Assembly (NCBI RefSeq): GCF_001194135.2
Contig: NC_069004.1
Location: 4,860,454 to 4,924,453, forward strand
DNA: 64,000 nt
Direction of reading: 5' to 3'
From: Octopus bimaculoides
Taxonomy: Eukaryota
Below are positions 24,935 through 39,447 of this stretch, in pieces. Within the stretch, counting starts at the first letter, position 1. Each line of letters starts with the position of its first letter. The notes beneath the pieces were generated by a model. That model made no database searches. It had not been told where the DNA came from and saw nothing but the letters and a program-made list of their open reading frames with translations. Made by a program: the position numbers and the translations under genes.

Positions 24935-25230
24935 GTAATAAATTGAAATTAATACAAACTTAGGCATAACTTGTTCATTAATTGTTATGTCTTTCTCTAA
25001 TCCAAGATACAGTTCAACCTAACATATTGTTCTATTTTCAGTGTGACACCACACAACTCTCCTATCCTCTTTGAAAAAGTTGCAGGGTCGCACTGTACAA
25101 CCATTTTATCTTGCCTGTGTCACCAATTTCTTGTTCCCGAAGATTATCCTCCACTACTTCAAACGGTTGAAAGCCTGGTGGAGTAACATTAGGTCTTTAC
25201 AAGGCATGAGAGACCACTAACCAACCCAGT
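24935..25230 (-). mobile_element. Degenerate mariner transposase C-terminus
   Basis: Frameshifted FNRLK...KWLYS...FFQRG...CVTLK..YV resembles the mariner C-terminal LF..LK...WL...FF..GI..L..RW.KCV...G.YV pattern. Confidence 0.45.
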
Positions 25231-25343
25231 TAGTTCAATGCCGTCTTTGTAATCAAACAAGTGTGTGGACGCACATTTAGTTGGAAGACGTGAATTTTTT
25301 GCAGATTCTCATTTGATCTCTCGCCTATAATGGATAGATAGAT

Positions 25344-25398
<55 letters not shown>

Positions 25399-26464
25399 GA
25401 GCATCGAAATAAGGACAGGTAAAAAGAATAGTGGATAGACATTTGAAAAGCATTGGTAATATGTTTTCAGTTATATGTCTATATNNNNNNNNNNNNNNNN
25501 NNNNNNNNNNNNNNNNNNNNNNNNNNNNNNNNNNNNNNNNNNNNNNNNNNNNNNNNNNNNNNNNNNNNNNNNNNNNNNNNNNNNNNNNNNNNNNNNNNNN
25601 NNNNNNNNNNNNNNNNNNNNNNNNNNNNNNNNNNNNNNNNNNNNNNNNNNNNNNNNNNNNNNNNNNNNNNNNNNNNNNNNNNNNNNNNNNNNNTATATAT
25701 ATATATATATATATATATGTCTATATATATATGCATACATATGTAATATATATATATATATATGTAGGTATGCATATGCATATATATATGTATGTATATG
25801 TATATATATATATATTCATATATGATATAGATGTATATATGTAAGCATATCCATATATATAGACAAACATATATATACATACATATAATATATATGTATA
25901 TATTTATCCAAAAACCTATATGTATACATATATTTATACGTGTGTATGTATACATGTCTGTGCATATGAGCGTGTAATACATATATGAGTACCTATATAT
26001 GTAAGTCTATAACACACGCTTACATTTTCTCTATCTGTTTCTCTCCGTCTCTTTCTCTCCGTCTCTCTCACATACATTCACTCACGAACGCTTTATATGA
26101 GCTTTTTTAAACAGTGTGAGTAATTTGAAGGGTTAGTTTGGCTCTTCACGAAATTGTTTCATAAAGATTTTACTTCATTATTTATAACACAATCATGCTA
26201 TCTTAAGCTCTTTTTCCCTGTCAATATAATAGCTGTATTTAATTTTTGCTATTGTTCAAGTAATTTGATACAAAATTCTACATAATGCCGTATCTAATAT
26301 TACCAATTCATATAATTGAACTCATATATTTCAAATACAACGCAAAAATTTATTGCTTAAAAATGTACAGAAATACACCACACATGAAATATGAGGATAA
26401 AGTTATATAAGACACAAACCAACACACACACACATACATACTTACAAACATGTATGTATATATT

Positions 26465-26582
<118 letters not shown>

Positions 26583-27730
26583 AATATATATACGTGTGTG
26601 TATATACATGTGTATATTTATTTTATATTTTTGCATGGATATATATATAATAAATATGTTTATTTAAGAACATAATAAACCAGATTAAATTTATTTATAT
26701 ACATATCTATGTAAGTGTGCGAACTTGTGAGTGTATCCCTGTGTATATGTATGTATGCATGTAGATATTTCTGTAGAGTTCTGTATACGTAAACACACTT
26801 ATAATTTCCTATTCATACCTACGTGTTTATGCATATATATATATATATGTATGTATATACGTATAGGCACGTATATATATATATATATGCATATATATGT
26901 ATATGTTTATGCATATATATGTGCATAGTATACACCCACATGCATACATACATACATACATACATACATACATACATACGTACGTACGTACATATGCTCA
27001 GACTATCACATGCGTACATACGCAGAAAGAAAATGAATTTAAGGGAAAAAAATTACGATGCTTATATGTTTCCGTTGAGAATCGAAATTTATCTAAATAT
27101 TCATTGATATTATCTTCCATACAGAGAAATAATATAGAAAACTCTAACATTTTTAGCAACTGTTGAATCTCTCGTTAGAATGCAAGAAACCCCTATCTTT
27201 CTAAGAATAGTAGCTGCTATTTATATTAATCCTAAACCATAATATCACAGCATATTCTTAAACCAATTTGCATTACTCTCTTTTAGTTTTTTTACACGTT
27301 TCATTCATTTAACTGCGGCCATACTAGAGCACCACCTGTAGTCGAACAAATCGACCCCATATATATTTATATACATATATCGTGTAACAACATATTTCTT
27401 CTTCTGTTATGCCTTTTCTGATGTTTCCTTCATTTTTTGCACTGACGAGAATCGTAATATATAATCCATATGTACATATATCTATATATATCATGTATAT
27501 TTTATATATATATATATATATNNNNNNNNNNNNNNNNNNNNNNNNNNNNNNNNNNNNNNNNNNNNNNNNNNNNNNNNNNNNNNNNNNNNNNNNNNNNNNN
27601 NNNNNNNNNNNNNNNNNNNNNNNNNNNNNNNNNNNNNNNNNNNNNNNTATATATACATATATGAATATATGAATATATGTATAGTTATGTACGTATGTAT
27701 GTATATATATTTGTATGTATGTATGTAAGC

Positions 27731-27785
<55 letters not shown>

Positions 27786-27962
27786 TACACACATATAATT
27801 ATGTATAGTTATTTACACACATGAATATATGTACATACACAATAATAAACAGCCGTATATACATGCCCGTTGGTATATACACCATAAATACATGACGACA
27901 CAGCATAATACGTACTCACATACCACGGAAGCACCCAAAGTAAGCACTCAACGACACACACG

Positions 27963-28004
<42 letters not shown>

Positions 28005-28319
28005 TCCAATGAAACAGAAATAAAGCACATCCACACACGCGCGCACATTCAAACGCACACATGGACTCACATAGCTCATATACATCGCACGCAGTCGCAT
28101 ACGATGCATATAGCGACGTTAGTAGGACTTATTAATCTACCAGTACGAACTGTTAAACATGAAACAGGGCAGATTTGAGATAAACACGCAACCGATTGTT
28201 GTTCGTAATGGCGAACGCTTCATATGTCTGTTAAAACATCTGTATGTTTACAACGTTACAAGAAGAAATATGAATATTTAATTCGTGTATTCAAAGAAAT
28301 ATTAATTCCCCTCTTCTCC

Positions 28320-28327
28320 ATATTATT

Positions 28328-28360
<33 letters not shown>

Positions 28361-28419
28361 ACTTATTAATATTATTACTTATTATTATTATTATCTATTA
28401 TTGTTAATATTATTATTAA

Positions 28420-28461
<42 letters not shown>

Positions 28462-28480
28462 TTATTATTATTATTTATTA

Positions 28481-28563
<83 letters not shown>

Positions 28564-28614
28564 ATCTATTATTGTTAATATTATTATTATTTATTATTGT
28601 TATTATTATTATTA

Positions 28615-28651
<37 letters not shown>

Positions 28652-29220
28652 TAACGTTAGTGTTATTGTTATTTTTATCATCATCGTGGTCGTCGTCGTC
28701 ATCGTTGTTGTCATCTCCGTCAACATCGTCATCAGAATCATTTTCCTTCTCTACTTGTTCTTCATCTTTTTTTTCCTCTTCTTCTTCTCTCCGTTTTTCA
28801 TCGCTCTTCTGACTTCTCCTTCATCTCCTCGTTCTCATCTTCCTTTTGTATTCTTCTCCATTCATCTTCGTCATCATATTTCCTCTTTCCCTTCATCTGG
28901 ACTTGCCATTGTTGTTGTTGTTCTTGTTCTTCTTTTTCTTCATCTTTACCCCGTCTTTCTTTACTTTCTCACATTCTTTCTGTCATCTCTTCCTCACATC
29001 CCCTGCGTTTTTTACTCCTCTTCTTTCAACTCCGTCTTCTTTTTTCTTCTCTTTCTTTTTCTCCTCCCTCTTTCTCGTCTTCTTCACCTTCTCATCATTC
29101 TTCTCCCTCACCGCCACCTGTCGTACACGTTTCAATCCTCATATACTCTTCTTCTTCTTCTTCTTCTACTACTCCTACCACTTCTCTTCCTCTTCCTCCT
29201 CCTCCTCCCCCTCCTGTGTT
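28320..29220. repeat. (TAT)n array followed by pyrimidine-rich low-complexity DNA derived from decayed TCT/TCA/TCG repeats
   Basis: Direct reading; explains ORFs 28224, 28572 and 28846. Confidence 0.9.
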
Positions 29221-29964
29221 CATGCGGTATTTACTTCTGTATGTCAGTGTATGTTTGTTTACGTGGGAATGCTTATCTAATGCATATTAACATGTGTGCG
29301 CGGGCGTGTGGGTACCTAGATGTTTCATATACACCCCACAGTCTACATCACGCAATTACATCACTAACAAGCATGTAAGCGTGACGTATGTGCTTCGTGT
29401 GTGCGTGTATGTGTGTTTGCGTATGCATGTATGCGTATGTGCTTGTGTGTGTGTGTGTGTGTTTGTGTTTGTGTGTGTGTGTGTGTGTGCGTCTTGATAT
29501 TCTTCGTGCGCACACAACATATCTTTCCATTCTATATATAACATGTGTCTCTCTCTTTGATGAGCCGTCGCTCGGTTCATTTTGCACCACATTTGTGTAC
29601 ATACAACTACGATTTCAAAAAAAAAAAAGAAAAAGAAAAAGAAAATTAACTAAATGTAGCGAGGAATCAAACGAAATGGTTTTATTTGTTCAAAGACTCA
29701 CGAGATATGTCTTCTAAATCCGAAATATTGTTCGGAAAGGAAAGTTAGCTGTGGTGGAGTTTAAATGGAAACGTATAAAACCTTGATGTTTTGCGGTTTG
29801 TTGTTCGCTGAGGATTTAGTATTTTTCCTTGTTTATTCCTGTTTTTCTCTTTCTGTCTTGCTGACGATTCTCGTGGCTGCTTGTTTTCATAACAACAGAA
29901 ACAGCAACAACAACAACAACAACAGTAATAATACAAGGTATCGAAGTGATGGCAGAGCAACGTG

Positions 29965-30077
29965 AGATGAAGTGTTTTGCTTCAGAACTCAACTCATCAC
30001 CCGGTCTAGGAACGGAAACTACGATCTCGCGATCGTGAGTGCAACATCCTAAACATTAAACACTAGGTCAAGCGCCC

Positions 30078-30080
<3 letters not shown>
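29965..30080 (-). mobile_element. SINE head with CORE/Meta-like domain fragment
   Basis: Reverse complement reads ...gcactcacgatcgcgagatcgtagtttccgttcctagaccggg...ttctgaagcaaaacacttcatc. Confidence 0.6.
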
Positions 30081-30143
<63 letters not shown>

Positions 30144-30399
30144 TACTACTACTATTATTATTATCATCAATCAATACATGAATATCATGGGCATCGATTT
30201 TAGCAACCTTGAAAGGGTAGAATTCAAAGTTGATGACGGGGAAATTTGAACCCCGATCGTAAACAGACAGAACGTGTACGGACGGGCATAATGTAACTCT
30301 ACCTACCGTTTATACTACGCCATAATCTTGGTAATGGTAATAAAAATAGCAGCAGCACGGTGAAAAGCGAATATTATCAGCAAGAAATAACCAACAAGT

Positions 30400-31215
30400 A
30401 ATGGAAATAGAGAGAGAATTTAAGGAGAGAAAGAGAGAAGAGTGATAGGACAAATAGCTAAAAAGGAAACATATTACGTGACCGATTCATGCAATAAACC
30501 GGGAATGTTGGAAGTAAAAAGCACTGGTTAGGGCTGATAGATAGAAATCTAAAACGAGAAAATAAATCGCTGATTATAGCCGCTTAGGAGCAAGCCATTT
30601 GAACGAAACTGATAAAGACAAAGACTGATAAAATTCTGCGATAGCGCAAATTCAGAATTTGCGGAAAAGGGTATAAAAGTATGAATCACCTGTTAAGTGA
30701 ATGAGGTAAGCTAGCGCAAAAAGAGTATGAGCGCGCAAGCTTGCTTCTATCGGTAAAAGAGTTCATTGCGACGTTAGCCGACTGTGTGGATTCAAAGTAG
30801 CAGAAAAATGTTATGAACTGGATCTAGGGACACATGGGAGGTAATAATAATTAATGGATTTTATGGGTTATCTTCGTAAAATAAGAGGTCAGATATAATT
30901 GTGGTGGAAAGAAAACAGCTTAATTATAGAGGCATAGATTTTGCTATTCCATTTGATAACAAAATGGATACCAAGGAAATTGAGAGAACTGAGAAAATAT
31001 CAGATCCAAGCCAGAGGATTTAAGAGATTATGGAAGACTGAAGTGAAATTATTCCTGTGTTGATTGGTGCATTCGGTACGACACCCAAACTATTAACTAA
31101 TGAAGCTGAAGGGTAAAGGAGATACATGTTGTCGACCCACAGAAACAAAAAAATAAAAGAACAACAATTTTGCATTCTGCAAGAATCCTAGGAAATAAAT
31201 TCTGAAGATTTGAGA
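30400..31215 (+). mobile_element. R4/Dong-clade non-LTR retrotransposon 3' relic (zinc knuckle plus restriction-like endonuclease)
   Basis: LKRE..SLIIAA*EQAI, KLAQKEY, KRSDIIVVERK, IDFAIPFDNK, IPVLIGAFGTTPKLL, ILHSARIL; many stops and frameshifts; (GAT/GAC)n tract downstream. Confidence 0.85.
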
Positions 31216-31914
31216 ACTCTTCACGTTGCAAAACCTCGGGATAACTTCCCTGCTAATTAAATTAGCATGAAACAGCGTTCGTATGATGACGATGATGACA
31301 ACGACGACGACGACAACGATGATGATGATGATTTATTTATTTATTTTTAAGGATTAATTTATTTAAATCTACTTTGGCAAACAGTTTTAAAATCGTATTA
31401 ATTGTCTTTGTGCTGCCAAAGAATTATCATTTTAACTTGCTGTGACATCAGTGAATGCTAATTACAAGAACATTTTGAGCACGAAATTTACTCCGTAACC
31501 TTCTCTTGAAAGTGGATCCGTATTCTCCTTACAGAAAAATAAGCATTCTGTAATCCATAACAATTTTGAAGAGGTAACATTAAAATGGTTTCTCCTTATT
31601 GTAGCCTTAAAACTTCTCTCTTTCATTTGCGTCACCAGAATTGGTTCTTAATATAATCACTTCATTAGAATTTTATTTTTCGACTCCGAAAGTATGAAAG
31701 GCATCCAGCAATTAATGATCCAGAAGAAATCCTGCTAAAAAAAAACACAAAAAACAAAAAGAAAGTACCCGAGGCGCTAACCATTCTGCCAGACGCCTTT
31801 TTGTGATTTTGTTATCCTTAAATATAAATAGGAAATTAGAAATATTACATATCTAAATCTCTCAGAGAGAGACTTATACAGTAGCAGCACGATAACGTGA
31901 TGGTTTGTGGCCAA

Positions 31915-32196
31915 CTTAATGTGACAATCCCAGGAAAGGGAAGAATGCTACTGTTATTTAGCCCCAAGAAACACCGTTTCTAGTTGGTTACATAACACAA
32001 GAGTTCTGTGTCCTTAAATTTTCAAACAGGGGAGACAAACACATCCACTTAGCAAAACCAGCATTTAGAGACTAGTTCCTGATTTATTGAACTTCATCAG
32101 TCTGGAGTAGCTTGACTTGCTAGATGTCGATGCTTATTCACCTTTGAATAAGAGAAGTAAATTCACTGATCTACAAAATTAGAAATACAACAGTAA
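31915..32196. mobile_element. About 280-bp insertion bounded by a 27-bp direct repeat (candidate target-site duplication)
   Basis: cacgataa[c/a]gtgatggtttgtggccaa at 31888-31914 and 32197-32223, one mismatch. Confidence 0.5.
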
Positions 32197-33181
32197 CACG
32201 ATAAAGTGATGGTTTGTGGCCAAGATACATACATATAGACACACACACACACTCACACGTACATACATACATACGTATGTATGTATATATATATATACAT
32301 ATATATNNNNNNNNNNNNNNNNNNNNNNNNNNNNNNNNNNNNNNNNNNNNNNNNNNNNNNNNNNNNNNNNNNNNNNNNNNNNNNNNNNNNNNNNNNNNNN
32401 NNNNNNNNNNNNNNNNNNNNNNNNNNNNNNNNNNNNNNNNATATATATATATATATATAAACCTGTAATCAGAAGTGTTCTAACCATAACCATCTCATCC
32501 TTTTGTCAGATATATTGTATTTAGGACTACATCCTCTAATGCAGCTTTCGAATTTTCTTTTGTTGCTTTCCATATTCAGATGGTGGTTTGTGATTTGTTG
32601 GTATATTTGGTTGCTATTTCTAGCGAACTATTCGATCACCCTCGAGAAGGGTTAGTGTTGCTGTTGAAGTTGGAATGATTTCTGCTACGTGGACAATTAT
32701 TCTGTATACATCATAAAACATTCCTCTTTTCTCTCCTTTCTTCTCCTTCAAAGGTGGGATTATGGCAACCATTATTAAGTGGATTATTTCCTCGTCACAA
32801 GCGTCGTAGTCGCCATATTGACGTGAATTCCTGCTGCGAACACAGCAACAAATAACAATTATCAATTAATATTTCTTCAGCTAAATGGGAAAGATATATA
32901 ACAATTAAGATTCCCTCCGCTTTAATATCAATTAAATAGACACACCAAATGTAATTTATGTTGGAGTTAATAAATATTGATTTCTTTCTTATGCACAAGA
33001 ACTTCCATTCCATGGTAGGGTTCGGTAAGTTAAATCGAGCCCGCGTATTTGACTGGTACTTTATTTAATCGCCCATGGAAGAATGAAGAGCAGTGATTGG
33101 AACAGAGGACGTAAGCATCCACCGTTCAAACGAATCTTCCGGATTTCTCTCACCGTTTACACAACCAAAACCACGGAAGTA

Positions 33182-33222
<41 letters not shown>

Positions 33223-33949
33223 NNNNNNNNNNNNNNNNNNNNNNNNNNNNNNNNNNNNNNNNNNNNNNNNNNNNNNNNNNNNNNNNNNNNNNNNNNNNNN
33301 NNNNNNNNNNNNNNNNNNNNNNNNNNNNNNNNNNNNNNNNNNNNNNNNNNNNNNNNNNNNNNNNNNNNNNNNNNNNNNNNNNNNNNNNNNNNNNNNNNNN
33401 NNNNNNNNNNNNNNNNNNNNNNNNNNNNNNNNNNNNNNNNNNNNNNNNNNNNNNNNNNNNNNNNNNNNNNNNNNNNNNNNNNNNNNNNNNNNNNNNNNTA
33501 TATATATAAATTTAATGATGAGGCTAGAAATTGATATTAATCAATTAAAACCAGTGGCCTAGTATATTTAAAAAATCTGAAGATTAAAATTATATTACAT
33601 ACAAAATTAAGAGGAATGACCACCAAAAGTGGAATCGTATATGCTAGAAATAGATGCCAAATCACCTAACCACGAAGAGAATGTTCTCAAGAAAAAAATT
33701 TCAACGAGACGCCAGACTGTAAAAATGGGCAACACACATAAAAATATACGAAATAAAAAGACACGATTACACGATTACCTGTTAATATTTACACAAGTAA
33801 ATGCCCACAAGGTCATCAGCGTAGTCTGTCGATTACAAAATATAATTTCCAGAACTAGACACAGAACTTTCACCCGAAAGGAAGCATGTGTAAAATTCTG
33901 AGAATTACATTCGGTGTATTTTTCAAATGTCTTCAGTCTGTCTCTTTTC

Positions 33950-34155
33950 TTCTCTAGGCACAAGGCCCAAAAGTTTTGGGGAGGGGGCCAGTCGATTAGA
34001 TCGACTCCAGTACGCAACTGGTACTTAATTTATCGATCCTGAAAAGGATTAAAGACAAAGTCGACCTCGGTGGAATTTGAACTCAGGACATATCGGCAGA
34101 TGAAATACCGCTAAGAATTTTTCCCTGGCGTGTTACCAGTTCTGCCAGTTCACCA
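33950..34155 (-). mobile_element. SINE family A, near full length
   Basis: tctctaggcacaaggcccaaaagtttt...gtcgacctcggtggaatttgaactcag...ttctgccagttcacc. A further degenerate head follows at about 34215-34325. Confidence 0.9.
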
Positions 34156-34494
34156 TGTTGACACTATTAAATATTAGTGGTATGCTTTATACATCGCTTC
34201 CACACGCAAGGATAAACGGCAAAGGTGACCTAATCGTTAGTTGAACTCAGAATGCAAAGAGTCGAGAAATTCGAAAAATTTTGTTTTTTCGTAACTTTCT
34301 AATAATTCTGCCAATTCACCGTGCTCAGCCGTAATATATTAATCCATGCATCACACCATCATCACCGTCGTCATCATCGCAGATGTGATGGTCACCATCA
34401 TCACTATCGTCTCCACACACAGGCCGATGCCAGTTAATGATTATATAAACAGTGGGAGCTATTCACCCCTCATTGCACGTTCCGCCAATCAACT

Positions 34495-34695
34495 ACGAGG
34501 AAAGTATTAACTTTTGGCAACTAACTTTCCTGCGTTCTTTGTATATGTCCAACAAAGCAGGGGTTTCATTTTCACAACATCTCTTCCCATGCTTGTGACT
34601 GAGTCCAGCATATTTTGCGATGATGATGTTGCCGAACTTGTGTTTCCATGTGATGTTCATGTACTGTCTCAGGTGTCTCATCAGGAATGCATGCA
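34495..34695 (-). mobile_element. RTE-clade LINE fragment (post-RT region)
   Basis: LHAFLMRHLRQYMNITWKHKFGNIIIAKYAGLS resembles the RTE pattern F..R.LR.I..I.W.DK.TN..VL..AGL.S. Confidence 0.55.
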
Positions 34696-35088
34696 GTTTT
34701 ATAGTTTTATATCATTTGCTCTGCATCCGATCCGTGTAATACAATCGATAATAATATTACTTCGAATGTAGTTTGTACATAAATAATTGAGAATCTATAT
34801 GTAATGTATATGTATTTGCATGTGTGTGTGTGTTTCTGTCTGTGTGTGTGTGTGTCTACGTGTGCGCGTTTGTGCAAGTGTTTAATTGACAAAATACACA
34901 GATATACATATAGATATGGGGAGATACATATCGCCATATATGTGTATATATATGCACTCACACACACACACACGCACATATATATATAGATATATACAGA
35001 GAGAGGTGTATATACGCACTTTTCATGTATATGAATTCACAGGATATGTGTGTATAAATTTAAATATCCATACATATATACACACACG

Positions 35089-35147
<59 letters not shown>

Positions 35148-35505
35148 NNNNNNNNNNNNNNNNNNNNNNNNNNNNNNNNNNNNNNNNNNNNNNNNNNNNN
35201 NNNNNNNNNNNNNNNNNNNNNNNNNNNNNNNNNNNNNNNNNNNNNNNNNNNNNNNNNNNNNNNNNNNNNNNNNNNNNNNNNNNNNNNNNNNNNNNNNNNN
35301 NNNNNNNNNNNNNNNNNNNNNNNNNNNNNNNNNNNNNNNNNNNNNNNNNNATATATATATATATATATATATACATTTATATACACCCGAAATGTCATCA
35401 CGCCGATTACATCACAAAACTGATTATGTTCTGTATAATGAATATACAATCTCATTCTAAAGAAATTATATAATGCGGTGCTACTGAATCGATGTATGTT
35501 TGTGG

Positions 35506-35538
<33 letters not shown>

Positions 35539-35899
35539 AGTGTGTGCTTGTGTACGCATGATAGTGTGTTTATATGCCTGTATGTGTTTGTGTGCATGTG
35601 TGTGTAATGATATATATGTATACATGTGTGCATGTAAGTCTGAATGTGTGTGTGTGAAAGAGTGTAAATATGTTTCTGTGTGTGAAGTATTTGTGAATAT
35701 GTTTGTGTGTATGTGTGTCTGTGTGTGAGTGAGTGTGTGTTCTTATGTGTGTTTGTGTGTGTGTGTGTATGTGTGTGTGCGTGTGTGTGTGTGTGCGTGT
35801 GTGTGTGTAAATGAGGTGGGACCAGAGCTACTAAAACCTTGCTAGCAAAATGGAAAATCGATATCAGAGCTTGCTAAATTGAACATAAGCAGAGAGGTG

Positions 35900-36110
35900 A
35901 AGATGGAAATCAACTAATTCGAGAGTGGAGGTGGGAGGAGGTGCGGCAAAGCTAAGATGAAGCTTGTAGAAGTCGCTGCCACTAAATGTGTACCGAAATA
36001 ACGAGGAACCATGGGGAGGGTTGTCTTTGATAAGAAGTAGCAGGCAAAAAGATCCTTGATAGTATGCTCCAAAAGCCTGAAATATGGAAGTGTATTTTGC
36101 ATTCTGTAAA
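35900..36110 (-). mobile_element. Possible CR1/Jockey-type LINE endonuclease-RT linker relic
   Basis: One frame reads RIFLPATSYQRQPSPWF, similar to the FIP....K...PWF linker. The rest is degenerate. Confidence 0.3.
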
Positions 36111-36649
36111 ACTAAATAAAAATACCTAGTTTCTGGAAACAAAATGAGAAAAGAAAAATAAATGTGTTGGTCGTAGCTGGAATGCTAATCCAGCATGGCC
36201 GAAGTCACATGACAGAAACAAGTAACAGAATAAAAGAATGAAAGAATATACATATACACACTTACTTTCCAAATGAAGGATATTCTTTCCTTATTTACCT
36301 GCTTATAGCATTCAACACTTCAAGAGAGATTTGCATTCGGTTGGGAGTAATAAGCTATGAAATGTTCAATTATAAAAGATCCTGTCTCTGCTTTCCTTCC
36401 CCTCCCCATGAAGTTTCAGATAATAATTCGTGTGGTTTCATAATTTGTGCTTCGCTGTTGTGTTATCAAATGTATGCCTTCATTCGTTTATACAACCCAA
36501 AGGACACCTAAATATCTTCACTAAAAGCTTTTACAGTCCTAAGCTGTACATCATAAACCGGCTGTCATTTTTACATCATCTGCAGAAACGATGAGTGTGG
36601 AGACCTGGTTTTCTAGGTCTTATTTTAATGCAATGAATTAAATAAAAGA

Positions 36650-36790
36650 AAATAAATGCGCCCTTTTTAAAGCCTAGCCAGTCTCATGGGCCCGGTTTCC
36701 CGGTTTCAATGGCGTATGTACTCCCCAGCTGGACGACAATCCATTGCAGCGTTACTCACTTTTGCCAGCTGAGTGGACTGGAGCAACACC
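36650..36790 (-). mobile_element. SINE 3' half (CORE/Meta-like centre plus tail)
   Basis: Reverse complement gttgctccagtccactcagctggcaaaagtgagtaa...gaaaccgggaaaccgggcccatgag; the centre is shared with the copy at 61774. Confidence 0.7.
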
Positions 36791-37567
36791 CGTACAACTC
36801 CCTTAGTTGTTCCACCCCTTGTAACATGTCTTACGCTCTCCTCTATATGTGAACATCCCAATCTACCCCTACATTCTCCACTCAACAACTATCCCTCAAG
36901 TGCTCTGTTTCTTATTTCCAGAAATGGCTCTGATGAAAGTTTCATTAATTTTCTTAGATCCTTCAATTTACCTCAATTAATCAACAGACCAGTTGAGTAA
37001 ACCTATCAGTAATGTACCTATAATGAGTACTCGAAACAGGTGTAAGCCAAATTTGCTCTGATAAAGCAATTATATACAATTACCATTATTTTTAAATACG
37101 TTTTGAAACAGCGGTGATGAATTGAACCTATCCATCGTTTGTTTTNNNNNNNNNNTATATATATATATATATATTATATATATATATTAGACTAAAATGC
37201 TTCAAGGTGATGCCCGTGCAGGTCCGTAATCTGAGGACTGAAGTAAGTAAAAATTAATAATGAAAGATTTGTGTCTGTGTGATGAGTGTGTATGTTAAAA
37301 TATATATGAATACGCCCACACACGTAGATATATGCATATTTATGTATACATATATATGCATATATTCATATTACGCATGTGTGGGTGGGAATAAATGACT
37401 ATGTATATGTATGCATGTATGTGTGTATGTTTCTATTATGTACGTATGTCTGTATGTATGTATTATGTTTTAATGTATGTATGGATGGAACAACGCACCA
37501 AAGACGCATTCAAATACGGTAATACGATGAATCTACACACCACATATAAGCGTTTGTGTGCTAGGTT

Positions 37568-37670
<103 letters not shown>

Positions 37671-37966
37671 TTCTCTAAAATAGTTCCTTCCAGCTCAAAT
37701 GATATCAATATCCGTGTTACCGTCAATTATTCCAACGTATTTGTCTACAACATACAAAAATGAACCAGAAGACAGAGTGCAAGAACACAAGACACAGAAA
37801 TCAAATACCAAACTAATGAATACTGTCACGCCATCTAGCGGTCGTGGTGTGTCTGTGTGTTTAGATTAATTTCGATGGCTGTTTTATGTATGGCAAATCG
37901 GAAATACGTTGAGATGACCAATTTTTGCCACTGAATAGTTAAAAGAGTAATGTACTGCTGCTGCTG

Positions 37967-38004
<38 letters not shown>

Positions 38005-38052
38005 GAGAATAATAATAATGATAATAATATTAATATTATTACTACAACTACT

Positions 38053-38106
<54 letters not shown>

Positions 38107-38199
38107 CATCTTTACTATAGGCACTATAGGCACAAGGCCTGAAGTTTTTGGGGAGGGGGATAATAGATTATATCATCAGGGCAGCAGATATCATTCTAG

Positions 38200-38419
38200 T
38201 ATTGGATGTAAGAAATTCTATTAATGAAGTCCACAGACAGAGGAAAGGAGAACATTTGCCCAGCCTGGACGGATTAATTAATCCATTTGTGTATCCACCA
38301 GAAGCACAGTGTGATACTGAAGACAAGTCATATAATAAAGAGCCAGAAATATTAAAACAGCATACCAGCTTGTCATGTCAAAATGAAAGCCAAGAAAACA
38401 ATTATAAGTTAAAGAGAAG
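38200..38419 (+). CDS. Candidate internal coding exon of an unidentified gene
   Basis: cattctag| acceptor, 220-nt open frame (LDVRNSINEVHRQRKGEHLPSLDGLINPFVYPPEAQCDTEDKSYNKEPEILKQHTSLSCQNESQENNYKLKR), AG|GTAACT donor. No family recognised. Confidence 0.3.
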
Positions 38420-38799
38420 GTAACTAAAACCAGCGCAATATTCATAATATAGCCATCAACCATTTGAACTCATTATCAACTTAATTATTTGCGAAGCTCT
38501 CTCTCCATTAATAATTCTGCTATGTGTCACCACCAATGGTTATAGTTGTTGCAGTCAGAACTTAAACCAGCATCTGGGATGTGTGAGGGAAATACCTAGT
38601 TGGAAAAGAAATGAAAAACGCAAGTAAAATCCGTTCATATATTCAGGTAGGACTTCAAACTTAGGTGAGATCAGAGCGAGAGAGAGAGTGAGAGAGTGAG
38701 AGATGATCAGAGGTAATAAATTATCAAGTGTACATGGAAGAGGGGAAATTAACTAAAATTTAGACGCAATCACACACAGATTGAAAGAAATCACAGAAT

Positions 38800-39150
38800 C
38801 AAATAAGAACCTGATACGAAGGAGGAATTAGGTGAACCCGACGCAATACAACACACAAAAACACAGGAGACATTTGGAAAATACTACAGGAGATTTAAAC
38901 TGATAATAAAGCAAAAGTTAATCTTTGAAATAAGATAATAGATATAAATAAACTAGTTAATCCAGTTATTGAATTACTGGGTGGAATTAGAGAATAGGAA
39001 TGTAACTGAATTGAGAATGAAAAAGCTAGGACGCTATTAACACGGTTTCGAACACACTAGAGCAAAACTGATGTAGTTAGGATAATAGCTAAGATGAATA
39101 AAGTGTGGTGATAGGCGGATGTAGAATGGGAAACAACTATCGCTAACAAG
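38800..39150 (+). mobile_element. R4/Dong-clade RT C-terminal relic
   Basis: Frameshifted KYYRRFKLIIKQKL...NKIIDINKLVNPVI...KARTLLTRFRTH*SKTDVVRI matches EY.RR...ILK..LN..NK..AIN..A.PV...KTR.LLT..R.HHPKADV.RL. Confidence 0.7.
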
Positions 39151-39251
39151 AAACGAAAAGAAGCAAATACAGGGAGACTGATTTGTTTACTAAGAAACAT
39201 GGAGAAAGTGTATGTATGTATGTATGTATGTATGCGTGTATATGTATGCAC

Positions 39252-39284
<33 letters not shown>

Positions 39285-39376
39285 AGTTTGTATGATTTAT
39301 TTATCTATATATGTATATATATAATATATACACACACGCACGCACGCATATGTATGTATATCTATATGTATATATT

Positions 39377-39447
<71 letters not shown>

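Noticed and set aside
28572-29378. 268-aa hydrophobic ORF as a membrane protein
   Set aside because: Low-complexity pyrimidine-rich and (TAT)n DNA with no realistic amino-acid composition.
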